DNA from: Bdellovibrionota bacterium FG-2
GTDB lineage: Bacteria > Bdellovibrionota > UBA1018
Length of the DNA stretch: 28,072 nucleotides
NCBI GenBank assembly: GCA_051382305.1
Contig: JBBCAV010000125.1
Coordinates: 1-28,072, forward strand
Direction of reading: 5' to 3'
In this document: positions 1 to 8,772 of the stretch, one piece after another
How the letters are laid out: each line of letters begins with the position of its first letter
How positions within the stretch are numbered: the stretch's first letter is position 1
The notes under the pieces: model-generated
Told to the model about the DNA's origin: nothing
What the model saw: the letters and a program-made list of their open reading frames with translations, nothing else
Database searches by the model: none
Program-made: the position numbers and the translations under genes

Positions 1-419
1 GGGTATCCCTCGGAGGTCACTAAGCGGCCATCCATAGCCATCTTAAGGCTTCCTTGCCTTGTATAGCGAATTCCCGCGGGTGTACTCACTTCCAAAAAGC
101 CTGGTCCATCTAGCGCGACATCCAATGGCGCTTGAGTGACCTTCAAATTGCCTTGCTTGAAATTTGTGTAGGTTCCATCGTTGATAACCATCGCCTGGTC
201 TTTTCCGTCTAACAGATAAAACTCTTTTTCTTTGATCATTCCACGAGGAACGTCGCCTCCGTCGTGATTTCTTTCGACAGAGGCGAGATATTCTTTGAAG
301 GTCGGTGCGTCTTTCTTGAATCCCAAGGTATCTGCATTCGCAAGATTGTTCGCAACAACATCCACATTCTGTTGCTGAGCAACCGCGCCCGACACTGCTG
401 TCCACATCCCTGTGGCCAC
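1..419 (-). CDS. flgF: Flagellar basal-body rod protein, FlgF/FlgG family (5' part; runs off the left edge; not in the ORF track)
   Basis: Manual translation from GTG at 419 (GGGGGA SD-like upstream): MATGMWTAVSGAVAQQQNVDVVANNLANADTLGFKK...QGNLKVTQAPLDVALDGPGFLEVSTPAGIRYTRQGSLKMAMDGRLVTSEGYP. The ANNLAN, LDVAL.G.GF, YTR.G and G.LVT..GYP motifs are diagnostic of rod/hook proteins. Open for 139 codons to the edge. Confidence 0.9.
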   Translation of the reverse strand, partial: MATGMWTAVSGAVAQQQNVDVVANNLANADTLGFKKDAPTFKEYLASVERNHDGGDVPRGMIKEKEFYLLDGKDQAMVINDGTYTNFKQGNLKVTQAPLDVALDGPGFLEVSTPAGIRYTRQGSLKMAMDGRLVTSEGY

Positions 420-480
420 TGTTTTATCCCCCCTAAGAGTGACCCAAAATTTGCCCCGGTCCCTCTCAGCACTGAACTAA

Positions 481-496
481 AGCAATCGGCGTGCCG
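481..496 (-). promoter_or_regulatory. Sigma54 (RpoN) -24/-12 promoter for flgF
   Basis: Minus strand CGGCACGCCGATTGCT = GG-N10-GC, matching TGGCACG-N4-TTGC except for the first base; about 60 bp upstream of the flgF start. Confidence 0.8.
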
Positions 497-607
497 AAGT
501 AAAAACTTGAGGAGATTTTTTCTCTTTCTTTTCTTTTCACTCCCAAGCAGAACGGCACAGCCTACATTCAAGATTATCCATTCGAATTGATGAATGAATT
601 ATCCAGC

Positions 608-625
608 GCGCCAACATATTGGCGC
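608..625. promoter_or_regulatory. Inverted repeat, candidate upstream activator site for a sigma54 enhancer-binding protein
   Basis: GCGCCAA-CATA-TTGGCGC, perfect 7-bp arms, about 110-130 bp upstream of the -24 element. Confidence 0.4.
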
Positions 626-767
626 ACGACCCTTCGTCTAGCTCCACTCTAGACCGCGCTTTCCTACCTGAGCAAAGTTTTCCGCACCGGTAAAATTCTC
701 CACAATGGAAGGCAAATCTTACCCATATTCACTGGTGAAGTGTGCCCACCTGTGAGAAAAATTGCTT

Positions 768-1634
768 ATGAATCTCCTCATTGCGAAGCCCGTTGTTGAG
801 TCCATACAGGACAAAGTTCAAGCCAGAGTTATGGCTTTCACCAAGAAATATGGCGCTCCCCCGAAGCTTTCCGTCGTTCTTGTTGGAGAGGATCCCGCAA
901 GCCAGATTTATACTCGGAAGAAGGGCGAAGCCGCGACAAAACTTGGAATGGCTCACGAAACTCTCATACTTCCGGCCTCCTCAACACCAGAGGATGTTCG
1001 GAAGATTGTAGAAGGCCTCAACAGCGATTCACAGGTTGCGGGGATTCTTATTCAGCGCCCCCTTCCAAGAACCTTCAAAGAAGAAGAGGTCGTTTACTGG
1101 ATTGCACCCGCAAAAGATGTCGATGCCTTTCATCCTGAAAATACAGGTCGCCTTATCTTGGGACTTTCTGCCCTTCCACCCTGTACGCCTGCGGGGATTA
1201 TGGAGCTGCTTTCCTACTACAAAATTCCAGTAGCTGGAAAAACCGCCTGCATTTTGGGTCGCAGCGCGATTGTGGGAAAACCCGTCGCTTCAATGCTGCT
1301 GCAAGCAGATGCGACGATTCTCCATTGTCACAGCAAAACCCCCGACTTAAAGGGGATCTGTAGGCAAGCCGATATTCTTGTGGTTGCAATCGGAAAACCC
1401 GAATTTGTGGACGCCTCTTTTGTGCGGGATGGCGCAGTCGTCATTGACGTCGGCGTGAGTCGAAAATCTGACGGAAAAGTCGTAGGAGATGTTCTTTTTC
1501 CCGAGGTTTCAAAAAAGGTTTCGGCCATCACTCCCGTCCCCGGAGGCGTAGGCCCGATGACGATCGCCGTCCTAATGCAGAACGCCATTTCTGCTGCAGA
1601 AAATCAGAGGCTTTCCCTGGCCGCAAGACGATAA
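768..1634 (+). CDS. folD: Bifunctional methylenetetrahydrofolate dehydrogenase/cyclohydrolase
   Basis: Motifs LVGEDPASQIY..KK, GILIQRPLP, KDVDAFHP, PCTPAGI, GRSAIVGKP, VIDVG, ITPVPGGVGPMT. ATG at 768 preferred over TTG at 762. Confidence 0.97.
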   Translation: MNLLIAKPVVESIQDKVQARVMAFTKKYGAPPKLSVVLVGEDPASQIYTRKKGEAATKLGMAHETLILPASSTPEDVRKIVEGLNSDSQVAGILIQRPLPRTFKEEEVVYWIAPAKDVDAFHPENTGRLILGLSALPPCTPAGIMELLSYYKIPVAGKTACILGRSAIVGKPVASMLLQADATILHCHSKTPDLKGICRQADILVVAIGKPEFVDASFVRDGAVVIDVGVSRKSDGKVVGDVLFPEVSKKVSAITPVPGGVGPMTIAVLMQNAISAAENQRLSLAARR

Positions 1635-1653
1635 ATGGTGTAGATAGTTTGTT

Positions 1654-2769
1654 ATGCCAAAACAAACTGCGTTGATTGAGGAACATCGTCGCCTTGGGGG
1701 TCGTTTAATTGACTTCGGGGGCTGGGAACTTCCGGTTCAATACACCGGAGTGATGGATGAGCATCTTGCTTGTCGTGCCACCTGTGGGATTTTTGATGTC
1801 AGTCATATGGGTGAAGTGCACGTCGAAGGCAAAGACGCCGAGGCGTATCTCAACTATCTCGTCAGCAATGACGTTTCCAAGCTTGCAGATGGCCAGGCGC
1901 TTTATTCCGAGATGTGCAATGACAACGGCGGCGTCGTGGACGATCTTTTAGTTTACAAAAGGAACCGGGAACGTTTCTTGGTCGTCGTCAATGCCAGTAA
2001 CTCCGATAAAGATTATGCGCATATGTTGAAGATTCAAGAGCGCATGTCGACCCGCCTAAAGAACTACACCCTTAGCAACGAAAGCCCCAATTACAGCCAA
2101 ATCGCAGTTCAGGGCCGACATGCTGAAAAGATCGTGCAAACACTGACAAAATCAAACTTGTCCGCGGTACAAACCTACTGGTTTACAGAAGGCACAGTGC
2201 TTGGAGAAATCCCGGCTGTCCTCGCCCGGACCGGTTACACAGGTGAAGACGGGTTTGAAGTTTATGTTCCATGGAACTCAGGTCCCGAAGTTTGGCGCGC
2301 CCTTATGGACGCAGGCCAGCCTCATGGCATGAAGCCTTGTGGCCTTGGGGCACGCGACACATTAAGGCTTGAAATGAGATACCCTTTGTACGGCCACGAG
2401 CTCAGTGACGAGGGAAACCCCCTAGAGGCCGGTCTAGGCTGGGTCATCAAATTTGATAAGGGCGACTTTGTAGGACGTGCACCGATGCTTGCAGCGAAAG
2501 AGAAGGGCCTCACCCGCTCTCTGGTAGGCTTGAAAATGCTCGAACGTGGGATTCCTCGCCAAGGTTATTCGATCCTAGCGCCTGGAACAAAAGAGAAGGT
2601 GGGTGCCGTCACAAGCGGAACTCAATCACCCTCTCTCAATCAAGCCATTGCGCTTGCTTACGTTCCAAAATCAATGTCCTCCATCGGAACGCGCCTCGCA
2701 GTTGATATTCGGGGCGCTGCTTTGGCCGCCGAAGTAATTCCTACCCCATTTTATAAACGACCTTACTAA
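1654..2769 (+). CDS. gcvT: Glycine cleavage system aminomethyltransferase T
   Basis: FGGWELPVQY, FDVSHMG, VVNASN, RTGYTGEDGFE, GLGARDTLRLE..YPLYGHE, VTSGT.SPSL. Confidence 0.97.
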   Translation: MPKQTALIEEHRRLGGRLIDFGGWELPVQYTGVMDEHLACRATCGIFDVSHMGEVHVEGKDAEAYLNYLVSNDVSKLADGQALYSEMCNDNGGVVDDLLVYKRNRERFLVVVNASNSDKDYAHMLKIQERMSTRLKNYTLSNESPNYSQIAVQGRHAEKIVQTLTKSNLSAVQTYWFTEGTVLGEIPAVLARTGYTGEDGFEVYVPWNSGPEVWRALMDAGQPHGMKPCGLGARDTLRLEMRYPLYGHELSDEGNPLEAGLGWVIKFDKGDFVGRAPMLAAKEKGLTRSLVGLKMLERGIPRQGYSILAPGTKEKVGAVTSGTQSPSLNQAIALAYVPKSMSSIGTRLAVDIRGAALAAEVIPTPFYKRPY

Positions 2770-2793
2770 CCTCTTATTTACAAAGGAGCGACT

Positions 2794-3189
2794 ATGAGTT
2801 TTCCAAATAATCTGAAATACACGAAGGACCACGAATGGGCCCGCCTCGAGAGCCCTGGCGGCAAAATTATCACCGTTGGCGTCACAGACCACGCGCAGAG
2901 CGCCTTAGGCGATATCGTTTTTGTGGAACTCCCTGCTGCCGGCCGCGTTCTAAAAAAAGGTGAAACTTTCGGCGTGGTGGAGAGTATCAAGGCTGTTTCG
3001 GATCTTTACTCCCCTGTTTCTGGGAAGGTTCTTGAAATCAACTCAGCTCTTCCAAACGATCCTTCGCTCATCAATAAAGAGCCCCATGCCGGCGCTTGGA
3101 TGTTGAAGCTCGAAATGACTGACACCAATGCGCTCAACGAACTCATGGACGCCGATACGTACACAAAGTACGTCGAGTCTTTACACTAG
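2794..3189 (+). CDS. gcvH: Glycine cleavage system H protein
   Basis: LKYTKDHEW, GVTDHAQ.ALGDIVFVELP, VESIKAVSDLYSP (lipoyl lysine); SD AAGGAG upstream. Confidence 0.97.
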   Translation: MSFPNNLKYTKDHEWARLESPGGKIITVGVTDHAQSALGDIVFVELPAAGRVLKKGETFGVVESIKAVSDLYSPVSGKVLEINSALPNDPSLINKEPHAGAWMLKLEMTDTNALNELMDADTYTKYVESLH

Positions 3190-3202
3190 CGCGCACTAGA
3201 CA

Positions 3203-3970
3203 CTAAAGCTTCCAGATACAAAGTTTACTTGATCTCCAATCATGCAACTCGATGATCGTATCGGGGGGGTGTCCTGGCACTGTGAACGTATTACTGATAA
3301 GTACGGATCCTTTGAGCATCTCGCTCTTTGCTTTGTTCCAAATCTTAGGCATGGGTTCGGGAGAAAGAAAACAATACACGTAGTGATATTCGACTAAGTT
3401 GACCTGCCAAAGACTTTGGTATCTGATTTTGCAGTTCTTCTTAAACAAGCATCTAAACCAAGAAAGCAAAAAAACGATGGGAGCAGTCTCGACCCCTTCA
3501 AATTTTGCATTTGGGAATTCTCCTGCCAAAAAGCAAAGGGTACTCGCAAGGCCGCTTCCTAGGTCAACAAAAGTAAAATCCTTATGATGCGCAGATAAGA
3601 ACTCCACGAGCTTACGGTTGGTTTCTTTGCCTGTTAAATATAAAGGAACCCGCTCCTTAAAGCTGTTCCAATTTAAGAGAAGAAGCAGGATAAAACCAAT
3701 AAGAAATCCGGAGCGAGGAAGAGAGGCGGTATTAAGTGCCGTAAGCAGCGGGAAAAATGAGAAATTGATCAAGAGCCACCACCTTGGAAGGTGGAAATAT
3801 TGCCCTACACCAGCCGCAATCGCCCCCTGCAATAATGCGGTCTGAAGCAAACCTAATTGAACCGAGAATAGTTCGATCGCCAAATAGCGAAAAGCAATAA
3901 CCACAGGCACCGCCAGGAGTTGAGCCACCAGTGCGAGTATCGCGGGAGACTTGATTGAGGTAAATTTCAC
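3203..3970 (-). CDS. Membrane-anchored class I SAM-dependent methyltransferase (FAM173/ATPSCKMT-like pattern)
   Basis: Three to four hydrophobic N-terminal segments, then VPLYLT, motif I FVDLGSG, post-I GVETAP, SLWQVNL..Y..VYCFLSP..M, and LISNTF. Start uncertain (GTG 3970; the ORF is open to 4018). Confidence 0.85.
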   Translation of the reverse strand: MKFTSIKSPAILALVAQLLAVPVVIAFRYLAIELFSVQLGLLQTALLQGAIAAGVGQYFHLPRWWLLINFSFFPLLTALNTASLPRSGFLIGFILLLLLNWNSFKERVPLYLTGKETNRKLVEFLSAHHKDFTFVDLGSGLASTLCFLAGEFPNAKFEGVETAPIVFLLSWFRCLFKKNCKIRYQSLWQVNLVEYHYVYCFLSPEPMPKIWNKAKSEMLKGSVLISNTFTVPGHPPDTIIELHDWRSSKLCIWKL

Positions 3971-4062
3971 TTTTTGCGTCAATAAATTGATTTTGAGCGA
4001 TTCACTCCAGTTAATCAAGGGCGGATTTTGTACTAATATTTTCCGCGGGTCGCATTTGCCGC

Positions 4063-4089
4063 TTAATTTTCTTATCCATCGGACGATGA
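4063..4089 (+). promoter_or_regulatory. Possible sigma28 (FliA) promoter for motAB
   Basis: TTAATTTT-N11-GACGATGA versus consensus TAAAGTTT-N11-GCCGATAA (6/8 in each box, exact spacing), 23 bp before the motA ATG. Confidence 0.4.
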
Positions 4090-4112
4090 GTAATACAGGA
4101 GAGATTCATCTC

Positions 4113-4973
4113 ATGGGCTTCATCGGAATTGTCATCGTCCTTGTATCTGTTATTGGGGGCTACCTCTTAGAGGGTGGCCACATGGTTATTCTGTTTCAGC
4201 CAGTGGAGCTTTTGATCATCGCAGGTGCTGGCCTTGGCTCCTTGCTGATCTCTGCTCCGATAAGCGTGCTTAAGAGTATTTTGAAGCAGGCTATCGAATC
4301 TTTCAAAGGGGGAGAGACTTCGAAAGAGGAATTTACCGAACTTCTCCTTTTGCTTTTTGAACTTTGTAAGACGGCGCGTGCAAACCCTATGTCTATTGAA
4401 GCGCATGTGGAAACCCCACAGAATAGTGAAATTTTCAAACGTTATCCCCGGCTCTTAAAAGACCATCATTTGATCGCCTTTATTTGTGACACACTCAAAG
4501 TTCAGGTCAGCTCGCCTATGAGCCCCTATGACCTCGAGGAACTCATGGAAGTCGATATGTCCGCTGGGCACGCTGCAGAGTCCAACGGACCCAATACAAT
4601 TTCCAGACTTGGAGATGCAATGCCTGCCCTCGGGATTGTCGCCGCCGTGTTGGGAGTTGTGATCACCATGGGTAAGTTGACCATGGGTAAAGAAGTCATC
4701 GGTCATAGTATTGCTGCCGCTCTTATCGGAACCTTTCTCGGAATTTTGTTGTCATACGGTTTCTTCGCCCCCCTTTCTGCGAAGATGGAAAGCGTCATCA
4801 ACGAGGCTCACAAGTTGCTCGACGTTTCAAAAACAGCAATCCTTGCCTATGCCAAGAATTGTTCTCCCAAGGTTTGCGTAGAATTTGCCCGACGAACGAT
4901 CCCGCCGCAATCTCGGCCATCGTTCGCTGACATCGACCAGGCCACATCAAAAGCAGGAAAGGCCGCAGCATAG
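4113..4973 (+). CDS. motA: Flagellar motor stator protein MotA (enteric-like long form)
   Basis: Start MGFIGIVIV after AGGAG; GGYLLEGGH..LFQPVELLII.G, SEIFKRYP, GDAMPALGIVAAVLGVV, GTFLGILLSYGFFAPL, VEFARR. Confidence 0.95.
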   Translation: MGFIGIVIVLVSVIGGYLLEGGHMVILFQPVELLIIAGAGLGSLLISAPISVLKSILKQAIESFKGGETSKEEFTELLLLLFELCKTARANPMSIEAHVETPQNSEIFKRYPRLLKDHHLIAFICDTLKVQVSSPMSPYDLEELMEVDMSAGHAAESNGPNTISRLGDAMPALGIVAAVLGVVITMGKLTMGKEVIGHSIAAALIGTFLGILLSYGFFAPLSAKMESVINEAHKLLDVSKTAILAYAKNCSPKVCVEFARRTIPPQSRPSFADIDQATSKAGKAAA

Positions 4974-4974
4974 T

Positions 4975-5802
4975 ATGGCTAAAGAAGCCGCCGTCATCAT
5001 CATAAAGAAAAAGAAGAAGGGTGGGCACGCTGCCGGACACCACGGGGGTGCATGGAAAGTGGCATACGCCGACTTCGTGACTGCCATGATGGCATTCTTC
5101 CTCGTCATGTGGGCGATGGGTTTTGATGAACAGACGAAAGCCTCTATCGTTAATTACTTCAACAACCCCTCTAGTCCCTGGACGCCACAGCTTTCCGAAA
5201 AAGACAGCCTCCCCATGGGGGATAGAACGGGGGCGGGCGAAAGCATTCTTCACGGCTTAGAGGGTGGGGTTCCCGAAAACCAACTCATGATCCCTGCCAG
5301 GCCCATTAATGAAAATCCCAACGGCGGCGACAGTAATCGCAGTACGGGTTTTGCAGCTGACGCGCTTGAGGTTCTCAGTAAAACCACTGAGATGAATTTT
5401 GAATCGATCCGATTCTCGATCCCTACGAAGAATCTCTTTGTCCTGGGATCCACCAATTTCCAGCCCGCTGCAAAAAAACTTCTCACGCAGCTCTCCTTAG
5501 CCGCGAGAGGAAACAAAGGGATACTCAATATTCAAACAGATCTCGACCTTCGCCCTGGCGCAAATACAGAGAAAGGGTCCGAAAAATCTCAAGACCCCTA
5601 CGAACTCTCACTCGCTCGATCCGTAGCGGTTCTCCAATACCTTGTTGCCAACAAAATAATGAATGAAGAAAGAATTAAGGCCGGGGCGCTGGAGAAAATA
5701 CAACGATCGCCAGCCGCTCAAGCCTACTCTATGGAAGCGATAGAAGTTCCCGAGCCTAAGGTCCTCTTCACTTTAGGCAAGACCGCCCAAGCCACTGAGT
5801 GA
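4975..5802 (+). CDS. motB: Flagellar motor stator protein MotB with a divergent OmpA-like C-terminal domain
   Basis: ATG 1 nt after the motA stop; [25 protein letters not shown] (conserved Asp), YFNNP plug region, [11 protein letters not shown]. Confidence 0.92.
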   Translation: MAKEAAVIIIKKKKKGGHAAGHHGGAWKVAYADFVTAMMAFFLVMWAMGFDEQTKASIVNYFNNPSSPWTPQLSEKDSLPMGDRTGAGESILHGLEGGVPENQLMIPARPINENPNGGDSNRSTGFAADALEVLSKTTEMNFESIRFSIPTKNLFVLGSTNFQPAAKKLLTQLSLAARGNKGILNIQTDLDLRPGANTEKGSEKSQDPYELSLARSVAVLQYLVANKIMNEERIKAGALEKIQRSPAAQAYSMEAIEVPEPKVLFTLGKTAQATE

Positions 5803-8649
5803 CGGGCAAGCACAAATCAAATTACGATCGCCTAGAACGTTATTAATTCGTCCCACTGCAGGCCAAAATTTATTTTCCTTGATCCAAGACGTTGGAAAAA
5901 CTGCCTTCTCACGAGAATAGGGATGGGCCCAGGTCTCAGAAGCGATCTGAAGTGACGTGTGAGGGGCATTCTTAAGAACGTTGTTGATACGGTCTGCTTT
6001 TCCGGCCGCGATCTCTTCAATTTCGCCACGGATCTTGATCAGTGCATCGCAAAAACGATCCAATTCCGCTTTACTTTCGCTTTCAGTAGGCTCAATCATC
6101 AAAGTGCCTGGCACAGGAAACGACATCGTAGGCGCATGGAAGCCATAATCCATCAAACGCTTTGCAATATCTTCGACTTCGACTCCCGTACTCTCCTTGA
6201 ACTGTCTGCAATCCACGATGCATTCATGCGCCACCAAGCCATTCTTCCCTTTATAGAGTAAAGGAAAATGAGCCTGAAGGTTCTTAGCAATGTAGTTCGC
6301 ATTCAAAATGGCAACTTGCGTGGCCATTTTTAGGCCCTCTCCACCCATCAGAGCAATATACATCCAAGAAATCGGGAGAATGCTGGCACTCCCCCAAGGC
6401 GCGGCAGAAACAGCACCGACGCCATCCGCGCCCCCGGTTTTTACAAGGGGATGGGTAGGCAAAAATCGAGACAGATGTGATTTAACCGCAATTGGACCCA
6501 CTCCAGGGCCTCCCCCGCCATGGGGAATCGCAAAGGTTTTGTGGAGATTGAGATGACAAACGTCCGGACCAAAATCTCCAGGACGGCACAACCCAATTTG
6601 GGCATTCATATTGGCACCATCCATATAAACTTGCCCACCATTGTCGTGAACCGTTTTGCAAAGCTCGATAATGGATTCCTCAAACACACCGTGGGTTGAG
6701 GGATAGGTAACCATTAAGGCGGCGAGATTTTTTGAGTGCTCAATTGATTTTGCGCGCAAATCTGACAAATCAATGTTTCCTTGTGAATCACAATCCACCA
6801 CAACTACGCGCAATCCTGCCAAAGCGGCGCTGGCTGGATTTGTTCCATGCGCAGATTTTGGAATCAAACAAACATCACGATGCGTGTCTCCTCGACTTTC
6901 ATGATATTTTTTAATCACAAGCAATCCGGAATACTCGCCTTGCGAACCTGCATTGGGCTGAAGAGAAACCCCATCAAAGCCCGTGGCCTCCGCTAACATC
7001 TGACTTAGTCCTTTAAACAGCTCCTGATACCCTTCGGCTTGATTCAAAGGCGCGAAAGGATGCAGTTGAGCAAACTCAGGCCAACTCACAGGCATCATCT
7101 CCACTGTTGCGTTCAACTTCATCGTGCAAGAACCCAGAGGAATCATCGAAAACCCAAGGGAAAGATCCTTCGATTGCAGTCGCGTGATGTAACGAAGCAT
7201 TTCAGTTTCAGAGTGGTAGGAACTAAAAACGGGGTGTTCGAGGTAGGGCGTCGTACGCTCAAACCCGCCCAGGACCGTTCTCGTTGCTTTAGACACCGCC
7301 CTCGACTGTGGTTTTCCCGATCCTTCAGCAAAAGCGGCTAGGATATCTAGAACGTCTTCTTCTGTGACTGTTTCGTCCAGCGAAATTCCAAGAAACGCTT
7401 TACGATCGAGCCTGAAATTAATCTTACGCGCAAGCGCCGCCTGAATCACTTTCGAACGTACGGGTTCCGCAAGTTGAACACTGAGCGTATCAAAAAATGG
7501 CTCTTCCCCAACCTGAAAACCAAGCTCAACCAACCCCTGCTTAAGATTCCTTGTAAAATCATGAACTCGCTCCGCGATTTTTTTCAGACCCTTGGGGCCA
7601 TGATAGACCGCGTACATGGAGGACATGATCGCCAACAACACCTGCGCCGTACAAATATTGCTCGTCGCCTTCTCTCGACGGATGTGCTGCTCGCGAGTCT
7701 GTAAAGCCAAACGAATCGCGGGTCTGCCATCCACATCCTTCGAAACTCCAACGATTCTTCCCGGCAGCTGCCGTTTGAGCGCGTCCTTCGTCGCCATAAA
7801 GGCGGCATGGGGACCCCCGTATCCGAGAGGAACTCCGAAACGCTGCGCCGAGCCCACCACAATATCGGCACCAAAATCATTCGGCGAACGAAGAAGGGTA
7901 AGGCTCAATAGGTCGACTGCGAATACACTGAGTGCCCCGACGCTGTGAACCCTTTGAACAAAATTCTTATAATCCTGAACAGTCCCATCCGTCGCGGGAT
8001 ATTGAACTAAGGCACCAAAAATCGGGGTCGAAAAATCAAATCCGTTAGGGTCCCCGACAATAATATTGATTCCATGGGGTTTCGCACGCGTTCGAATAAG
8101 TTCTATTGATTGAGGATGACAGTTCTCGCCGACAAAAAATGCCTTTGAAAGATCCCTATCTTTTGCGGAAAAACAAAGATTCATCGCCTCAGCCGCTGCC
8201 GTAGCCTCATCCAAGAGCGACGCGTTTGCGATGTCCATTCCAGTCAAATCTCGAACCAAAGTTTGAAAATTCAAAAGGGCCTCAAGGCGGCCTTGAGAAA
8301 TCTCCGCCTGATAGGGCGTATATTGTGTGTACCATCCCGGATTTTCAAGAATGTTTCGCTGAATCACGCCCGGAACGTGCGTATTATAGTATCCGGCGCC
8401 GATATAGGAACGAAAAACCTGATTGCGCGAGGCAATCTTTCTCAGTTTTTCCAAAACTTGCGACTCACTGCCCTCCGAAGAAATCGCAAGGGGTTTCTTT
8501 AATCGGATCTTTTCGGGTACGGCCGCTGTCGTGAGCTGTTCAAGGCTCGAGTAATCCAGAGCCTTAAGCATGGCTTGAATCTCCCCCTGTTGTGGCCCGA
8601 CGTGACGAAACAAAAAATCATTCTTAGTATTTTCTTCTTTGATAGTCAT
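5773..8649 (-). CDS. gcvP: Glycine dehydrogenase (decarboxylating), single-chain P protein
   Basis: 958 aa; [66 protein letters not shown] (PLP lysine), GDRNLIC; SD GGAG. Confidence 0.98.
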   Translation of the reverse strand: MTIKEENTKNDFLFRHVGPQQGEIQAMLKALDYSSLEQLTTAAVPEKIRLKKPLAISSEGSESQVLEKLRKIASRNQVFRSYIGAGYYNTHVPGVIQRNILENPGWYTQYTPYQAEISQGRLEALLNFQTLVRDLTGMDIANASLLDEATAAAEAMNLCFSAKDRDLSKAFFVGENCHPQSIELIRTRAKPHGINIIVGDPNGFDFSTPIFGALVQYPATDGTVQDYKNFVQRVHSVGALSVFAVDLLSLTLLRSPNDFGADIVVGSAQRFGVPLGYGGPHAAFMATKDALKRQLPGRIVGVSKDVDGRPAIRLALQTREQHIRREKATSNICTAQVLLAIMSSMYAVYHGPKGLKKIAERVHDFTRNLKQGLVELGFQVGEEPFFDTLSVQLAEPVRSKVIQAALARKINFRLDRKAFLGISLDETVTEEDVLDILAAFAEGSGKPQSRAVSKATRTVLGGFERTTPYLEHPVFSSYHSETEMLRYITRLQSKDLSLGFSMIPLGSCTMKLNATVEMMPVSWPEFAQLHPFAPLNQAEGYQELFKGLSQMLAEATGFDGVSLQPNAGSQGEYSGLLVIKKYHESRGDTHRDVCLIPKSAHGTNPASAALAGLRVVVVDCDSQGNIDLSDLRAKSIEHSKNLAALMVTYPSTHGVFEESIIELCKTVHDNGGQVYMDGANMNAQIGLCRPGDFGPDVCHLNLHKTFAIPHGGGGPGVGPIAVKSHLSRFLPTHPLVKTGGADGVGAVSAAPWGSASILPISWMYIALMGGEGLKMATQVAILNANYIAKNLQAHFPLLYKGKNGLVAHECIVDCRQFKESTGVEVEDIAKRLMDYGFHAPTMSFPVPGTLMIEPTESESKAELDRFCDALIKIRGEIEEIAAGKADRINNVLKNAPHTSLQIASETWAHPYSREKAVFPTSWIKENKFWPAVGRINNVLGDRNLICACPSLSGLGGLA

Positions 8650-8772
8650 AGCTTCTCCGTATTACCTCTTTATCACCACTTTTTATCTGCTGGAATTTTT
8701 TATTTTTCGCTTCGTTTTTTCTTGACGCAAATAGGTCAGCAACCCTCTTGTTGAGTCTCCCCTTCTTAAGCT

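Noticed and set aside
43..590. Track ORFs 43..405, 236..571 and 264..590
   Set aside because: Alternative-frame or antisense shadows of the real flgF frame; no protein-like motifs.
1635..1653. Glycine riboswitch upstream of gcvT or gcvP
   Set aside because: Only 19 bp separate folD and gcvT; the gcvP leader (8650-8772) is AT-rich with no recognisable aptamer.
3184..3206. Triple CACTAG/CACTAA at the gcvH-methyltransferase junction as an insertion or inversion scar
   Set aside because: Two copies are explained by the stop codons of the convergent genes, and I found no matching copy at the other putative breakpoint.
3951..4112. N-terminal extensions on motA (and on motB from 4885, parA from 24961, xseB from 14703, atpD from 18643)
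   Set aside because: Longest-ORF artefacts; downstream starts have an SD or coupling and match family N-termini.
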